NCBI GenBank assembly: GCA_034521595.1
Contig: JAXHMG010000003.1
Coordinates: forward strand, 1,952,001-2,016,000
Source of the DNA: Gemmatimonadota bacterium
GTDB lineage: Bacteria > Gemmatimonadota > Gemmatimonadetes > Longimicrobiales > Gaopeijiaceae
Direction of reading: 5' to 3'
Length of the DNA: 64,000 nt
Shown here: piece by piece, positions 34,470 to 48,012 of the stretch
Layout: each line of letters starts with the position of its first letter
Numbering within the stretch: position 1 is the stretch's first letter
The notes under the pieces: generated by a model
Told to the model about the DNA's origin: nothing
Database searches by the model: none
The model's input: only the letters and a program-made list of their open reading frames with translations
Program-made: the position numbers and the translations under genes

Positions 34470-35580
34470 GGACGCATGGTCCCCTCATCCTCAGTGCGAA
34501 CACGTCTTGGTCTTTGTTAGGACTTCAGGGCCGCACTGATTGAAGACCTTCTACAAGACTTTAATATACGGCAGTGGCTCGTGAAGATCGCTATACTAAA
34601 AAGCTGCGGGACCTGGGCTGTGCGTTCGCGCCAGCCCCGTACACGGTCGGAAGAATCGCCCCCGCAGACCTATTGCTACCGGTTAAGCTCACTCGCTTGT
34701 CGGCCGGCTCAGGCGCTAGGATCATTTCTGAATTTCACCCCTAAGGCAAATGTATTTCGGGGATAGCTGGTGGTTTCGTCGGCCAGCTCTAATCAACAAC
34801 GTCTAGGGTTAGGGCCGGCCTTCGGAAAACTGCGAACCCCGTAATCCGATCAATTGTAGCGGGACTTTACCGAACTGCTGGGCCATTTGTTGACCACACC
34901 TTCTACCAACCAGCATGACTACCAAGCGGGCCTTCGGTGGCGCTTCTTCAGCAGCAACGTCCTCAGTTATGCCCGGTTCTGGGGTGGATTTCGCAAGTTC
35001 CCCGTGCGCGTGCTCCCTTTCGACGTAGAGGCCCATACACTTCGTCCATGTCGCGCGCTTGATGAGCTCAAAGGGTACCCTTGATTTCATCCAGGCTGCA
35101 GCAATGGTCCGCGATTGGCTGGGTCCCGAAGAAGTCCGGTTCTCCATCGCCGGTCCTGACACATCCTCGACGGCGGAGCACAAAGAATTTACAAAAGGTT
35201 GCGCTAGAGCTGAGATCGAGTACTTGGGAATGATAGATGACGTGCCTACACTGTTGGCGGATGCACATGTGGTCGTGCTCCCGTCCAAATACCCTGAAGG
35301 TGTACCTCGATCACTCATCGAAGCTGCTGCTTCCGGCAAGTTACTGGTCTGCCCGACGAAGGCAGTCAGGAGATCGTCCGTCATCAGCGGAACGGCCTAG
35401 TCACCGGTAAGGCAAGCATCACGAACTTGGCAAAGACAATGCTCAATGTCCACCCAACTGGAACCCAGCACCTACCTCAGGATGTGCTTGCTAGGCATCA
35501 AAATCGCACGTGAAGAGTTCGACGTCCAAATGGTAATCGAACGATACCGCGACGATCGCGCATCCTGCGAACTAAGTTTG
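34470..35580 (+). CDS. GT4 glycosyltransferase, frameshifted
   Basis: ILSANTSW, KGTLDFIQAA, VVVLPSKYPEGVPRSLIEAAASGK. Confidence 0.75.
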
Positions 35581-35703
35581 ATCGGTCCCGAGGGACCGAC
35601 TGACTTACCAATCCTCCCCAACCTTGAGGATCTAGCCGGTGGATCAACGTGGCCTACCTATGTTCAAGCCATTGCACGAACATGCGGACCCCATCCCGGA
35701 ATT

Positions 35704-36630
35704 TCACTTGAGGGTCGTATTTTTTAGAAGCCTTTGGGCCTTGCTGATATTCGCGAATGTCTTGATACATCTCAGGTACCATCGGGAACCTTTAAGGACC
35801 ATGGCGAGCTCCACGCCAAGTTCGTCTCCGATGACCTGAATCATTTCAGACAAGGTCACAGTCCTGTTCTCCCCAAGGTTCACTCCCTGGAATTCCCCTC
35901 CGCTCGCGACCAAACCCAGTCGCACGCCTTCGTGACTCCATCCATGATATCGGTTATGTAGGTATAGCGTAGGAGGTCGAACCATCCCCGAACGTCGGGA
36001 TTTCTCGCCCGTCCCTCATGCGGGTCGCAAACTTACGGATGGCAAGATCGGGACGTTGCCGAGGCCCGTACACGGTGAAAAACCTCAAGCAAATGGTGTT
36101 GATACCGTCGAGGTGGCTCAGATGCATGGCACAGGAGTTCCCTGCCTTTTTCGTAGCCGCATACGGTGAAATCGGATGATCCACCGGGATCATCGTCGGA
36201 AAAAGGCACTTTTTCGTTGTTACCCGTACACGCGAACTCGAGAGACGCGAAGACAAACGACTTGATACCTCGTTGTGCCGCGAACTTCAGTAGCTCGATG
36301 TCCCCATCAGATTGACGTCGGTGTAGAGGACAGGTTTCTCGATGGACGGACCGAACGCCGGCGCGCGCAGCCAGATGCACGATCGTGTCGATGTGATCCC
36401 GGAACCTGGTGGAGTGTCTCGGATCCCGAATATCCCCCTCGATAAGGCTGAAAGCCGTACGTAACCGCCAAGCGGATATCAGGTTTTCCTCCTTGATCCC
36501 CCGCGGGTGGAGGTCGTCAAAACTTGTCCAGGGCAACAGACTTCCTCACCGCGGGCCAGTGCATGCTGTCCGCAAGGTGAAGACCGATAAAGCCTGCACG
36601 CGCATCGGTCATGAACTGGACATCGGTCGG
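35704..36630 (-). CDS. NAD-dependent epimerase (paralog of 4283-5239), frameshifted
   Basis: [47 protein letters not shown]. Confidence 0.85.
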
Positions 36631-36673
36631 AAATTGGAGGTAAAAGAACGGGTTACGATTTCGATCAGGGGGC

Positions 36674-40016
<3,343 letters not shown>

Positions 40017-40246
40017 GACGTGGAGGGGTTCCGTGCCCCCGTGGGGAGATGAAGCGATGCGCGTCCGTCGCGTCGGGCGGATACACCTCGAAGCGCTAAA
40101 GGTCGCGCCGGTGCGGACGGTGGATCAACCCGCGGGGGCGACGGGCACGCTCTTGCCGGACCCCGCGTTGTAGCACTCCGGGGCCAATGGTACATTGTGC
40201 CACCTTTCCGCACATCCGACCACCGGTGATTGGACCGATCCAGCCG

Positions 40247-42624
40247 ATGCCCAGCTCTTCCGTCCTCCCGGCGTCCCGGGCCGTGCGTGCGCTTCTCGGC
40301 GCGTGCCTTCTCGCGCTCGCCGTCGCGGCCCCGCCCGCTCCCGCCGCCGCCCAGCAGGCCCCCTCCCCCGCCGAAGCCCAGCGGCTCATCGAGCAGAACC
40401 CCGAGCTCGTCCGCCAGCGGATCCAGCAGTCGGGCATGAGCGAGAGCCGAGATCCGCTCGCGGCTCGAAGCCGCCGGCCTCCCCAGCGACGCGCTCGACC
40501 AGTTCCTCGGCGGCGGGGTCCGGTGCAGCCGGGCACGGTGTCCGGGTCGGACCTCGCCCAGGCCATGCAGGTGCTCGGGATCGAGGTCGCAGCCGGACGG
40601 GCTGACCGACGTGCCGGTGCAGGCGGGCATGCAGGCTCAGGGCGTCGGGGACGCGCGCCCGCGGACGGGGGCCTCCCATCTTCGGGGTGGAGCAGTTCCG
40701 CGCGCGCCACCTCGCAGTTCCAGCCGCTGCTCTCGGGGCCCGTGCCGAGCGACTACCGGGTCGGCCCCGGCGACCGGCTGGTGCTGGTGCTCACCGGCGA
40801 CGTGCAGCTCGCCCACGAGCTCGAGGTCACGCGCGAAGGGCTTCGTCGTGATCCCCAACGTGGGCCAGCATCTCGGTGAGCAACCTGACCATGGACGGGC
40901 TGCGGCAGCTTGCTCCGCGGGCGCCTCGCGCAGCTGCGTACTCGGGCATCGAGCGCGGCACCACCACCTTCGACCTCACCGTCTCGCAGCTCCGTACCAA
41001 CCAGATCTACGTGATCGGCGAGGTGCGCCAGCCCGGCGCCTACCAGCTCGCCTCGGTCGCGACGGTCATGAACGCGCTGTACGCGGCCGATGGCCCCACC
41101 GACCTGGGCTCGCTCCGCCAGGTGCGAGCTCCGCCGCCGCGACGGCGAGACGGTCACGCTCGACCTCTACCGCTACCTGCTCGAAGGCGACGCCGGCACA
41201 GGACGAGATCCTCGAGCAGGGCGACATCGTCTTCGTCCCGGCTCCGGGAGCAGGCAGGTCTCGCTCGTGGGCTCGGTCGAGTCGGCGAAGCCCGTCTACC
41301 GCAGCCGGCGCCCGGACGACGACCTGCGTCGACGTCGCTGCGCGCGGCCGGAGGGTTCGGCCCCGACGCCCGCCGCAACCGGATCACCATCCACCGGGTG
41401 CTCGAGCCCGGCGACCGCGGGCCGGGCCTCGCCGACCGCGCGGCCGTGGACCTCGAGCTGGCCGCGTCCGACGACCCGTCGGACCCCCGCTACCTGGGCG
41501 GCGTCATCGTGCCTCCGGTGGGCTCCAGCACGGCGACTCGATCGTCGTGGACGAGCGTCGCAGCGCTCGAGGACGCCTATTACGTGACCGTGCGGGCCGG
41601 GTGCAGTCGCCCGGACGCTTCCCCTGGCGGGACGGCATGACCCTGCGCGACCTCGTCGAGCTCGCCGCGTGGACCGGCCGTCGGGCGCCGACCTGCGCGA
41701 GGCGCGAAGTCGCCCGGCTTCCCGACGACCGGGACGCGGGCGAGCTGGCCGAGCTCATGCGCGTGGAGCTCGACTCCAGCTACCTCGAGCTCGGCGACGC
41801 CGACGATGCGTTCCCGGGGCCCCCGTGGCGTCGCGTTCCCGCCCCCCGGCACCGGCCCCGAGTTCGAGCTCGAGCCGTTCGACCAGGTCACCGTGCTGCT
41901 CCAGCCCGACTTCCAGCTCCAGCGCGACGTCGCCAGGTCACCGGCGAGGTGCCGGTGCCCGGCAGCTACACCCTGCGCGCCAAGGACGAGCGCCTGGCGG
42001 ATCTCGTGGACCGAGCCGGCGGGCTGCTCGAGACCGCGTATCCCAACGGAGCCCGCTTCTTCCGGGAAGACAGCGACCTGGACACGGAGCTGAGCCGCGT
42101 GGCCATCGATCTACCCGACGCCCTCGCGGACATCGAAAGCGGCGACAACCTCACGCTCCAGCCCGGCGACTCGCTCCACATCCCGGTCTACTCGCCGACC
42201 GTGGTCGTGTCGAGGGCGCCGTCGAACTCCCCGTCCACCGTGCTCTACCGCGAGGGCGAGGGGCTCGAAGTACTACATCGAGAACGCCGGCGGCTTCCGC
42301 AACGACGCCGACGAGGGCCGGACTGCCGTGCGCTTCGCCAACGGCCAGCGCGAGCTCCGAGATTCAAGTTCCTGTTCTGGTCGAGCTACCCGAGCCCCGG
42401 GCCCGGAAGCCGGATCGCGGTGCCCGACCGAGGACCCCGCCGACCGCTTCGATTGGCGAGGCCTCATCACGGATCTCGTGGCCATCACCGGATCCATCAC
42501 GACCGTGATCGTGGTGATGTCGCGGTCGGGGGGACTTGCATCCACGCCCGGGGTATCGTTGGCGGGCCCGAATCGAGAGCACCGTTCGAGGGAAGCTCAA
42601 GGAGGCGTCTCATGGACCAGCTGA
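40247..42624 (+). CDS. SLBB-domain polysaccharide export protein (Wza/KpsD-like), frameshifted
   Basis: Signal peptide; DYRVGPGDRL, VIGEVRQPGAY, LQPGDSLHIP repeats; hydrophobic C-terminus. Confidence 0.85.
42486..42521 (+). repeat. Direct repeat copy 1 (SLBB gene 3' segment); partner 42902-42937
   Basis: caccggatccatcacgaccgtgatcgtggtgatgtc vs caccggctccatcacgaccgtgatcgcggtgttgtc, 33/36. Confidence 0.9.
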
Positions 42625-42847
42625 TCACCGCCGACCCCAAGATCATGATGGGCAAGACCGTAGTCACCGGCACTCGGATTTCGGTCGAGTGCATCGTGGA
42701 ACGCGTCGGCGCTCTTGGCGAGCCTTGTCGACACGATCTTCCGAAGCTCACCCCCGTCTTACCCGCGAAGAAGCGGTGCTGGCGGCGATTACGTTCGCTG
42801 CGGCGGCGTTGAAAGCAACCGTCGGTGTACCCGACATCCGACGATGA
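42612..42847 (+). CDS. DUF433-family antitoxin, frameshifted
   Basis: ITADPKIMMGK.VVTGTRISVE...HPRLTREEAVLAAITFAA. Confidence 0.8.
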
Positions 42848-42853
42848 AGCGGC

Positions 42854-42901
42854 GTGAAGCTGCTTTGTGATGAGGGAGTTGAACGTCAAGTCGTGGATCG
42901 G
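42854..42901 (+). pseudogene. DUF5615/PIN-like toxin stub
   Basis: MKLLCDEGVERQVVDR, cut exactly at repeat copy 2. Confidence 0.65.
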
Positions 42902-42937
42902 CACCGGCTCCATCACGACCGTGATCGCGGTGTTGTC
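42902..42937 (+). repeat. Direct repeat copy 2 (SLBB gene 3' segment)
   Basis: 33/36 identical to 42486-42521. Confidence 0.9.
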
Positions 42938-43093
42938 CAGGGAATGCGTCCCATTCAGATCTGGGTGCCGGACGTGCGCTCACCCGAGTTCCGGGCCGAA
43001 GCGCATCGGCAAGCGGCGGCTGTCGCCGAGACCGAGCACGAGGCGGAGGATCAGACCTTCATCGACGAGATCTCGGACCTCGGCACGGCGTGA
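42938..43093 (+). pseudogene. DUF3018/MazE-like antitoxin lacking its N-terminus
   Basis: QGMRPIQIWVPDVRSPEFRAEAHRQ begins right after the repeat. Confidence 0.75.
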
Positions 43094-43162
43094 AGCGGGG
43101 TGAGACGTGACATGACGCGCCTGGATCGCGCCATTCTGGTCTTCCTGGGCCTCGCCGACTAA
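43090..43162 (+). pseudogene. MazF/PemK toxin reduced to its two termini
   Basis: GTGA-coupled MKRGE start, then MTRLDRAILVFLGLAD-stop, resembling a MazF C-terminus. Confidence 0.65.
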
Positions 43163-43482
43163 CCCTCTCCCTCCCCCTCCACCCTCTCCCGCACGACGTA
43201 GTGGGCCACCCGCTCGTCGAAGCGAAGCATCATCGCCTGGACCTCGTCCGGCACGACCGCGGCTTCCACGTCCTCGCCCGCGAAGCCGCGCACGGCCTGG
43301 AGCGACGTCCACTCCGTCACGATCCGGAACGCGGAGCCCTCGTTGAACTCACGGCGGAGGACGGTGGCCGAGACGAAGCCCTGGAGCTCGGCGATTCGGG
43401 GGAAGATCTCCGTACGCAGGTGCCGCTCGTAGGTATCGGCCAGCTCGGGGTGGGCGACGCAGGTCCAGTGGCGTTGGATCAT
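43159..43482 (-). CDS. Antibiotic biosynthesis monooxygenase (ABM)-like protein
   Basis: GFVSATVLRRE...FRIVTEWTSLQAVRGFAGED. Confidence 0.75.
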   Translation of the reverse strand: MIQRHWTCVAHPELADTYERHLRTEIFPRIAELQGFVSATVLRREFNEGSAFRIVTEWTSLQAVRGFAGEDVEAAVVPDEVQAMMLRFDERVAHYVVRERVEGEGEG

Positions 43483-43565
43483 GGTGATGGCGGGCGGGCG
43501 GGGAACCGGAAGAAGTGACCGGTATGATACACCGACGGCTTCGGCGCCGATAGCGGTTCTGGTCG

Positions 43566-44207
43566 TCAGAACCGGACGAGCAACGCTTCGACAGAATTCC
43601 TGGCTCGCCCCTCCAAGCCGGCTCCGGCAGCAATCTTCTCCGCCCTCGTCCGAAGGTCGGCGTTTCCGGTGATGAGGAACGCCCGACGGAGGTAGTCGAT
43701 GGCGAGCAGCGGATTTCTTTCGAGTTGGTCAGCCACAAGCGAATAGTACTCCGCCCGCTCCATCAATCCCCCCAAAAAAGCGCTCAGCCGGACACGAAAG
43801 CCCGGGGCCCATTCCACGTATTCAGTGCGCACGAGATCGGAGGGGACTTCCGCCGCCGGAGTCTTCACCACCAGTAGCTCCTTACCATACGCCTGCATGT
43901 GGCCGAGCTCGAGGTAGATGTTGGCCAAGGTTGAATGGGGCATCCCCTCGTGGACCAACGCGACGCCAAGCGGTACTGCGTGCATCAACTCCCAAATCTT
44001 CAGGAGAAAGTCTCGACCAGTGACCTGACTGTCGGCATCGAGGGGGCGAAATCCATGCCGAGTCAACTCGTGTTCCAACGCACGTCTGATCTCGGGAAGT
44101 TGAGTTGGTGACGGCTCCCCAAGTTGGGTCATGACGAAGCACGCACGCGGCCGGTAACGAATGGGGGTCGTCGTTGCGTCCCCGTCCGTGGGGCGATACC
44201 GGATCAC
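43566..44207 (-). CDS. TIR/nucleoside 2-deoxyribosyltransferase-like protein
   Basis: CFVM, LLKIWELM, ANIYLELGHMQAYGK, VPSDL pattern. Confidence 0.6.
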   Translation of the reverse strand: MIRYRPTDGDATTTPIRYRPRACFVMTQLGEPSPTQLPEIRRALEHELTRHGFRPLDADSQVTGRDFLLKIWELMHAVPLGVALVHEGMPHSTLANIYLELGHMQAYGKELLVVKTPAAEVPSDLVRTEYVEWAPGFRVRLSAFLGGLMERAEYYSLVADQLERNPLLAIDYLRRAFLITGNADLRTRAEKIAAGAGLEGRARNSVEALLVRF

Positions 44208-44368
44208 TCCTTCGTCGAACGCTTCCGGGCGACGGGGATCCCTTCGTACGGCCCTTCGCTCTTCTTGTGATCGATGATTTTACCCTGCGTCCGATCGATC
44301 TTCACATATCGTCCGGTCCGTGGATTCTTAACCTGGACGAGATCCGGCTGCTTGAGCTTCGTGGCCAT
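44204..44368 (-). CDS. 54 aa basic protein (not in the ORF track)
   Basis: MATKLKQPDLVQVKNPRTGRYVKIDRTQGKIIDHKKSEGPYEGIPVARKRSTKE; GTGA overlap with the next gene. Confidence 0.7.
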   Translation of the reverse strand: MATKLKQPDLVQVKNPRTGRYVKIDRTQGKIIDHKKSEGPYEGIPVARKRSTKE

Positions 44369-44463
44369 TGAGTCATCCCCGTTGTACGTGCCACCTCTCT
44401 GCCATCGCTACCCTCAGCCTACAGCCCCGTGCCACCCGGGTCCATGTCGCGTTGAGCCCGTCC

Positions 44464-45777
44464 TCAGCTCTTCACGATCCAGCCCTTCGCCCCGTCGCCC
44501 GCCTCGCGCGAGACCGCGTGCCGGCCGTCCACGAGCACGCGCGCATGCTCGACGATCCAGTCGTAGTCGAAGGACGAGTGGTCGGTGAGGATGACCACCG
44601 CGTCGGCCTCCTCGAGCGTCTCGGCGGTCAGGGGAACGGACGCGAGGGTATGGCCCTCCTCGTGGAGCTCGTGCACGTACGGGTCGTGGTAGCTGATCCG
44701 CGCGCCGTCGGCTTCGAGCAGCCGGAGCACGTCGAGCGCCGGGGACTCGCGCACGTCGCTGATGTCCTTCTTGTACGCGACCCCGAGCAGCAGCACCCGC
44801 GCGCCGTTGACCGACTTCCGGTTCCGGTTGAGCGCCTCGCGCACCTTCCCCATGACGAAGTGCGGCATCTCGGAGTTGATCTCCGAGGCGAGCTCGATGA
44901 AGCGGGTCTTGTAGTTGAGCGTCCGCATCTTCCACGACAGGTAGTGCGGATCGACGGGAATGCAGTGCCCGCCGAGCCCCGGCCCCGGCGTGAACCGCAT
45001 GAAGCCGAACGGCTTGGTGGCCGCGGCGTCGATGACCTCCCAGACGTCGACCCCGAGCCGGTCCGCGATGAGCGCCGTCTCGTTGGCCAGCCCGATGTTC
45101 ACCGCGCGGAAGGTGTTCTCGAGGATCTTCGTCATCTCGGCCGCCTCGGTCGAGGAGACCGGCACGATGGTCTCGAGGAAGCGGTCGTAGAACTGCGCGC
45201 CCGCCTCGGTGCACGCCGCCGTGACGCCCCCGACCACCTTGGGCGTGTTCTTGGTGGTCCACGTCGTGTTGCCGGGGTCCACGCGCTCCGGCGAGAAGCA
45301 GAGGTAGAAGTCCTCGCCCACCGTGAGCCCTGAGGCTTCGAGCGCGGGCAGCATGACCTCCCGCGTCGTGCCGGGATAGGTGGTCGACTCGAGCAGCACG
45401 AGCTGGCCCTCGCGGAGCGCGGCGGCGACCGACTGCGAGGCCGCCAGGATGTAGGAGACGTCCGGGTCCCGCGTCTTGGACAGGGGCGTAGGCACGCAGA
45501 TCGAGACCACGTCGCACTCGCCGAGCCGGCTCATGTCGCTGGTCGCCTCGAGCAAACCCTTCTCCCGGAGCGCCGCGACCTTCTCGGACGGGACGTCCTG
45601 GATGTGCGAGCGCCCCGCGTTCACGCTCTCCACGACCTCGCCGTCGATGTCGAAGCCGACGACCCGGATGCCTTCCTCGGCCGCCTCCACGACGAGCGGC
45701 AAGCCCACGTAGCCCAGCCCGATGACGCCGAAGGTCACCTCGGAGTTCGGAGGAAGGGTGCTGGAGCGGTCGGACAT
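44464..45777 (-). CDS. Nucleotide-sugar dehydrogenase (WbpA/TviB-like)
   Basis: GLGYVGLP, ESTTYPGTT, SPERVDPG, GGHCIPVDP, AYKKDISDVRESP. Confidence 0.93.
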   Translation of the reverse strand: MSDRSSTLPPNSEVTFGVIGLGYVGLPLVVEAAEEGIRVVGFDIDGEVVESVNAGRSHIQDVPSEKVAALREKGLLEATSDMSRLGECDVVSICVPTPLSKTRDPDVSYILAASQSVAAALREGQLVLLESTTYPGTTREVMLPALEASGLTVGEDFYLCFSPERVDPGNTTWTTKNTPKVVGGVTAACTEAGAQFYDRFLETIVPVSSTEAAEMTKILENTFRAVNIGLANETALIADRLGVDVWEVIDAAATKPFGFMRFTPGPGLGGHCIPVDPHYLSWKMRTLNYKTRFIELASEINSEMPHFVMGKVREALNRNRKSVNGARVLLLGVAYKKDISDVRESPALDVLRLLEADGARISYHDPYVHELHEEGHTLASVPLTAETLEEADAVVILTDHSSFDYDWIVEHARVLVDGRHAVSREAGDGAKGWIVKS

Positions 45778-45954
45778 GGCGTGAGCCTATCTGTGCAGGG
45801 GGAGAAGGTCCCGAGCGCAGAAGGATAAGCGGGCGGGGCCGGGAGTTCCAGGCGTGGACGGCGTGGGACGCACGGGGCTCCTCGCGACATGGAAGCGCCC
45901 GAGGCGGGTCGAGACGTTGCGAGGCACGTTGACCGGGCCACCTCGACATGACAT

Positions 45955-45968
45955 TGTACAATTGTACT
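45955..45968. promoter_or_regulatory. Phd-type operator palindrome
   Basis: tgtacaattgtact upstream of the vapC/phd pair. Confidence 0.55.
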
Positions 45969-45991
45969 TATACCTTTCTTTGAGCGATCCG

Positions 45992-46387
45992 GTGGATCTC
46001 ACGATCGACACATCCGCGGTGATGGCGGTGACCCTGGGCGAGCCGTTACGGAGCGAGCTGATCGAGCTTACGAGGAACGTCGAGCTCATGTCGGCTCCGA
46101 CGCTCCCGTGGGAAGTCGGCAACGCCTTGTCCGCGCTGTTCCGCAGAAACCGCATCGGAGCCACGGACGCGCACGACGCGCTGGCCGCGCTCGAACGCAT
46201 CCCTCTGCGGCTCGTGGAGATCGATCTCACCCGCGCCGTCATGCTCGCTCACGAGCACGGGATCTACGCGTACGACGCCTACGTGCTGGAGTGCGCCCGC
46301 CGGCACCGAACGCCCCTCCTCTCTCTCGATGCCGCGCAGCAGGACGTGGCGCGCGCGCTCGGCATCGACGTCATCGAGGTGCAGTGA
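45992..46387 (+). CDS. vapC: VapC-family PIN toxin
   Basis: IDTSAVMAV, APTLPWEVGNAL, IYAYDAYVLECA, LLSLD. Confidence 0.88.
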   Translation: MDLTIDTSAVMAVTLGEPLRSELIELTRNVELMSAPTLPWEVGNALSALFRRNRIGATDAHDALAALERIPLRLVEIDLTRAVMLAHEHGIYAYDAYVLECARRHRTPLLSLDAAQQDVARALGIDVIEVQ

Positions 46388-46608
46388 TGAAGGTCTACAC
46401 GTACTCCGAAGCACGACGCATCCTCGCCCGGGTGCTGAACGAAGCGCGTGAAGACGGTGAGATCCGCATCCGGCGCCAGGACGGCACCGAATTCTCGATC
46501 CGCCCGGTCGAGCGGACCGGATCAGCCCTCGACGTCCCGGCCGCCCGCACCGACGTCACCCGCGACGAGATCGTCGAGGCCGTCCGCGAATCGCGACGGG
46601 GAGGGTGA
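46387..46608 (+). CDS. Phd/YefM-family antitoxin (downstream of its toxin)
   Basis: MKVYTYSEARRILARVLNEA..DGEIRIRRQDG. Confidence 0.82.
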   Translation: MKVYTYSEARRILARVLNEAREDGEIRIRRQDGTEFSIRPVERTGSALDVPAARTDVTRDEIVEAVRESRRGG

Positions 46609-46856
46609 AGACACGCATCATCCGCATCGGCAACTCTCGCGGGGTCCGCATCCCAAAGGTCCTTCTCGAGGAATCGGGTCTTGACGGCGATGTCGAGCTG
46701 CGGGCGAGCGAGGGAAAAATCCTGATCGAACGACCGCCCGAAGCCCGTGCCGGTTGGTCGGAGGCGGCACGGCTGGTCCGCGAGCGCGGCGAAGACGGTC
46801 TGATCGACGAGCCCACCCCCACCGAATTCGACGACAACGAGTGGGCGTGGGAGTGA
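46605..46856 (+). CDS. AbrB/MazE-family antitoxin
   Basis: MKTRIIRIGNSRGVRIPK...EFDDNEWAW. Confidence 0.88.
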   Translation: MKTRIIRIGNSRGVRIPKVLLEESGLDGDVELRASEGKILIERPPEARAGWSEAARLVRERGEDGLIDEPTPTEFDDNEWAWE

Positions 46857-47013
46857 CCCCATTCGTTGCCGTTTCGGGGAGCGAGACGGATTCGTGGTCC
46901 TGGACCAGCTCCGCACCGTCGACCGGTCGCGGCTCGTGCGGAGGGTGGGCTCGGTTTCCGCGGAAACCGTGTCGAGCGCGCTCGAGGTGCTGCGCGCCAT
47001 GTTCGACGAGTGA
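46857..47013 (+). pseudogene. MazF/PemK toxin, N-terminal half deleted
   Basis: IRCRFGERDGFVVLDQLRTVDRSRLVRRVG...LRAMFDE-stop; no N-terminal half present. Confidence 0.8.
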
Positions 47014-47025
47014 GGCGGGTTCTTC

Positions 47026-48012
47026 CTACCCCACCTCCGCGCACCACGCCTCGTTCTCGAGGTACCATTGCACGGTGTCCGCCAAGCCGTCCGTGAAGTC
47101 CCGGGTGGGCCGCCAGCCCAGCTCGGCCTCCGCGCGGGAGAAGTCGATGGCGTAGCGCCGGTCGTGCCCGGGCCGGTCCGTGACGTATTCGATGAGCGTC
47201 TCGGGCTTGCCGAGCACGTCGAGCAGCGTGCGCACCACGGAGAGGTTCGTCCGCTCGGCGTCGCCGCCGAAGTTGTAGACGCGGCCCGCCCGCCCCCGCT
47301 CCGCCGCGGCCAGCAGGCCGGCGCAGTGGTCCGAGACGTGGATCCAGTCGCGCACGTGCAGCCCGTCGCCGTAGACCGGGAGCGGCTCCTCGGCGAGCGC
47401 GCGCGTGATCATGAGCGGGATGAGCTTCTCGGGGTGCTGGTAGGGCCCGTAGTTGTTCGAGCACCGGGTGACGACCACGTCGAGGCCGTGGGTCGCGTGG
47501 TAGGCGTGGGCGAGGTGGTCGGCAGCGGCCTTGGTGGCGGAATACGGGGAGCGCGGCGCGAGCGGCGTGTCCTCGGTGAAGCGGGGAGCGGGGTCGTGGT
47601 CGGCGCCGGGGTCGCGCCACGGCAGCTCGCCGTAGACCTCGTCGGTCGAGACCTGGACGAACCGCCCGACCCCGTGCCGGAGCGCCGCGCTGAGGAGGAC
47701 CGCGGTGCCGGTCACGTTCGTGCGCACGAACGGCGTGTCGGCCTCGATGGAGCGGTCCACGTGCGACTCGGCGGCGAGGTGGAAGACCACGTCGATGCCC
47801 GACATGAGCTCGTCCACCAGTCCCGCGTCGCAGATGTCGCCGTGCACGAACGTGTGGCGCATGTCGCCTTCGACCTCGGCGAGGTTGTCGAGGTTCCCGG
47901 CGTAGGTGAGGCTGTCGAGGCTCACGACCTCGGCGTCGAGACGCTCGGCGAGCAGGTGCCGCACGAAGTTGGAGCCGATGAAGCCGGCCCCACCCGTGAC
48001 GAGGGCCTTCAC
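47026..48012 (-). CDS. rfbB: dTDP-glucose 4,6-dehydratase
   Basis: GGAGFIGSNF, AAESHVDRSI, STDEVYG, DRPGHDRRY. Confidence 0.95.
   Translation of the reverse strand: MKALVTGGAGFIGSNFVRHLLAERLDAEVVSLDSLTYAGNLDNLAEVEGDMRHTFVHGDICDAGLVDELMSGIDVVFHLAAESHVDRSIEADTPFVRTNVTGTAVLLSAALRHGVGRFVQVSTDEVYGELPWRDPGADHDPAPRFTEDTPLAPRSPYSATKAAADHLAHAYHATHGLDVVVTRCSNNYGPYQHPEKLIPLMITRALAEEPLPVYGDGLHVRDWIHVSDHCAGLLAAAERGRAGRVYNFGGDAERTNLSVVRTLLDVLGKPETLIEYVTDRPGHDRRYAIDFSRAEAELGWRPTRDFTDGLADTVQWYLENEAWCAEVG

Noticed and set aside
43454-44454. Possible diverged copy of the ABM gene 5' end at 44431-44454 flanking the TIR/NDT module
   Set aside because: Only 19/24 with a gap in GC-rich DNA; suggestive of the same insertion signature but too weak to count.
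45901-47020. 9 bp direct repeat gaggcgggt flanking the vapC-phd-mazEF block
   Set aside because: Too short and GC-rich to distinguish from chance.
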